A DNA stretch of 63,669 bases, the filler included, from Octopus bimaculoides (lineage: Eukaryota), in the NCBI RefSeq assembly GCF_001194135.2. It is 6 parts of 5 records of this genome, joined end to end, with 100 filler letters (N's around TTAATTAATTAA, not from the genome) between each part and the next. Parts side by side here need not be neighbours in the genome. Positions count along the whole stretch, not along the records: positions 57,186 to 62,416 come from NC_068986.1; positions 62,517 to 63,669 come from NC_068981.1; 4 more parts are not named here. One strand, given 5' to 3'. Positions within the stretch are counted from its first letter, which is position 1; each line of letters opens with the position of its first letter. Positions 61,622 through 63,669 of this stretch are shown here, in pieces. The translations under genes and the position numbers were made by a program. A model generated the notes under the pieces. The model had not been told where the DNA came from. It worked only from the letters and a program-made list of their open reading frames with translations, and did not search any database.

Positions 61622-62365
61622 AGGGACTGCTTGCTATTGTTATAGCATGCTTTTCATATAAATCTTCCTCTTTCACGTCGCTACTGGTTATCTCTACATC
61701 ATAAAGATACAATGACTGTTACTCGTATTGTATATGTGTTTATTACCATAATCCATTAACATAGAGATGTCTCTTTATGTTCACCTGTTTTATCATTTCA
61801 TCTACTGAACATATTGTGGCAACAGAGGGGCAGCGTCATGTGCGGATTTTACCACTTGGAAGCGCGCTGTGGATTACAACTTTTGTCTGTCACCTATGCT
61901 TCACACGATGTAGACCTGACATGGGACTCAATAGCTTCCTGAGAGGTCAAATACGGAAATTCAGTAACGTCATTAAGAAGGAGAGGGTAGAAATAGATGT
62001 ATACGCATGTATGTTGATAAATATAAACTAGTTACCAGTTGAAATACATTCATATTTGAAACATATATATTTATGTCTACACACAGGCACTCGCGAACAA
62101 CTCCAACACGCAACTATGACTGTCTGACTGTCTGTCTGTATGTCTGTCTATCCATCTATCTTACCACGTATTTAACTGTATAATCTGTGTATATTTATGA
62201 TGTATATATGTGTATGTGTGTGAGTATGTGTGCGCGTGTGTGTGCGTGTGCTTGTGTATGTATGTATAATGTTTAAACCAATTAATTAACGAGCCTATTT
62301 ATTTTCAAATATTATTGAAAATATATTGAGCATATACATGCATATATATATATATACATATATAC

Positions 62366-62416
<51 letters not shown>

Positions 62417-62793
62417 NNNNNNNNNNNNNNNNNNNNNNNNNNNNNNNNNNNNNNNNNNNNTTAATTAATTAANNNNNNNNNNNNNNNNNNNNNNNNNNNN
62501 NNNNNNNNNNNNNNNNATATATATATATATATATATATATAAACCGATGGCTTTTAAGCTAGCTCCTGTGGAGGGCTCTTCATTGAGCTTTGAGCCTAAT
62601 AATGACACTTCATGCATTGAGTACATATTAAATTTTTATTAAACTTGACCAATATTTTTCAAACGATCAACAATTTTCGTCAAAACAATGATATCATTTG
62701 TCGACTTGGAACTTATTGCAAAGCTGCACGATAAACATTTTTTGTCTTCTCATTTGGGGTTCAGTACAATTTTTTCTTTTGTCTAATCTCTTT

Positions 62794-62835
<42 letters not shown>

Positions 62836-62928
62836 NNNNNNNNNNNNNNNNNNNNNNNNNNNNNNNNNNNNNNNNNNNNNNNNNNNNNNNNNNNNNNNNN
62901 NNNNNNNNNNNNNNNNNNNNNNNNNNNN

Positions 62929-62963
<35 letters not shown>

Positions 62964-62984
62964 GCTGATTGTTTTCAGCCATCA

Positions 62985-63300
62985 CCAGTACCACCACAAC
63001 TACCATACAAACACACCATTCAGACTTTTGACGCCACCACCATTAACACCTTTGACTTCGCCGCTTTTCCCTCCATCACCATCACCATCACCACTATCTT
63101 TCACATCATTTACTATCACCGTCATGCTTGACCGCCTCAGCTACTGCTACCACCACCACCACCACCATCATCATCACAGTCGCCTCCGCCTCTATCACAA
63201 CTACAGCTAATACTATTACTCTCACCCCATTACAATCTCAACTATCAATCTACTACCGCCCTCACCGTCTCTATGCCTACTATAACTCTCACCTCAGCAA
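62985..63300. repeat. Cryptic (CAC/CAT/TAC)n low-complexity tract
   Basis: Direct reading. Confidence 0.85.
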
Positions 63301-63402
63301 GAGGAGTAGAAGTGTCATTGAATAGTGAGAGAGGGTGGGGTCAAAATGTGACACTGACACAGAAATTCGTTTTGACATTTATTATTATTATTATTATTAT
63401 TG

Positions 63403-63669
63403 TTCAGTAGTTTTATTTTTATAACGTGCTTTCACTTCACTACCGAGCGCAGCTCTGTGCGCCTTGGGTATGTGCTGTGGTTTGCTGTGGTGCTTTTATG
63501 TTTACTGTATTGAAAGTGTTTTGCGTAGAATGTGTGCAGTACCCAGTAGTGCAATTTTCTGTATGTTACATATATTTGTAAGTCCTGGTATTTTTGTTAT
63601 GTATTTGTCTGAGTATTTTTTAATTATACCTAAGGCACCTACTATGATAGGAATTGTTTCTGTTTTTAG
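63403..63669 (-). mobile_element. R4/Dong-like LINE 3' end (continues beyond the window) with a (TAA)n tail
   Basis: The minus strand reads LKTETIPIIVGALGIIKKYSDKYITKIPGLTNICNIQKIALLGTAHILRKTLSIQ* without interruption. The 3' UTR differs from 47364-47442 at 1 of 79 positions. Confidence 0.88.

Noticed and set aside
61527-61712. Minus-strand ORF YLYDVEITSSDVKEEDLYEKHAITIASSPSLPVFVLCSL that looks protein-like
   Set aside because: No recognisable family, non-ATG start, weak splice signals, and it runs into a microsatellite.

Overview
AT-rich, microsatellite-saturated animal genomic DNA with roughly 8 kb of assembly gaps. The SINE families look like those of octopus (inference from repeat content; no database was consulted). 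The only host gene I can support is the probable first coding exon of an ABCC1/MRP1-type ABC transporter on the minus strand (4388-4438, MANDFWEQLCGNSSQFW followed by GTAAGT). If that is right, the window starts inside intron 1 and the remaining ~59 kb is upstream sequence. That upstream region is mostly mobile DNA: dozens of tRNA-derived SINE copies from at least four families; LINE fragments (RTE, CR1/L2-like, Tx1/L1-like and several R4/Dong-type RLE elements associated with (TAA)n); a Penelope-like GIY-YIG remnant; mariner and maT (DD37D) transposase relics; a mariner MITE; two Merlin-like elements with an 8-bp TSD; a ~590-bp foldback palindrome; and a tRNA-Phe pseudogene. The most unusual signal is a minimal type I hammerhead ribozyme (56643-56688) joined back-to-back with a tRNA-like Pol III head. 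Most entries in the supplied ORF track are artefacts of microsatellites, SINEs or N-runs. There is no CRISPR array, rRNA or prokaryotic operon. SINE family letters A-E are my own labels, and most repeat boundaries are approximate.
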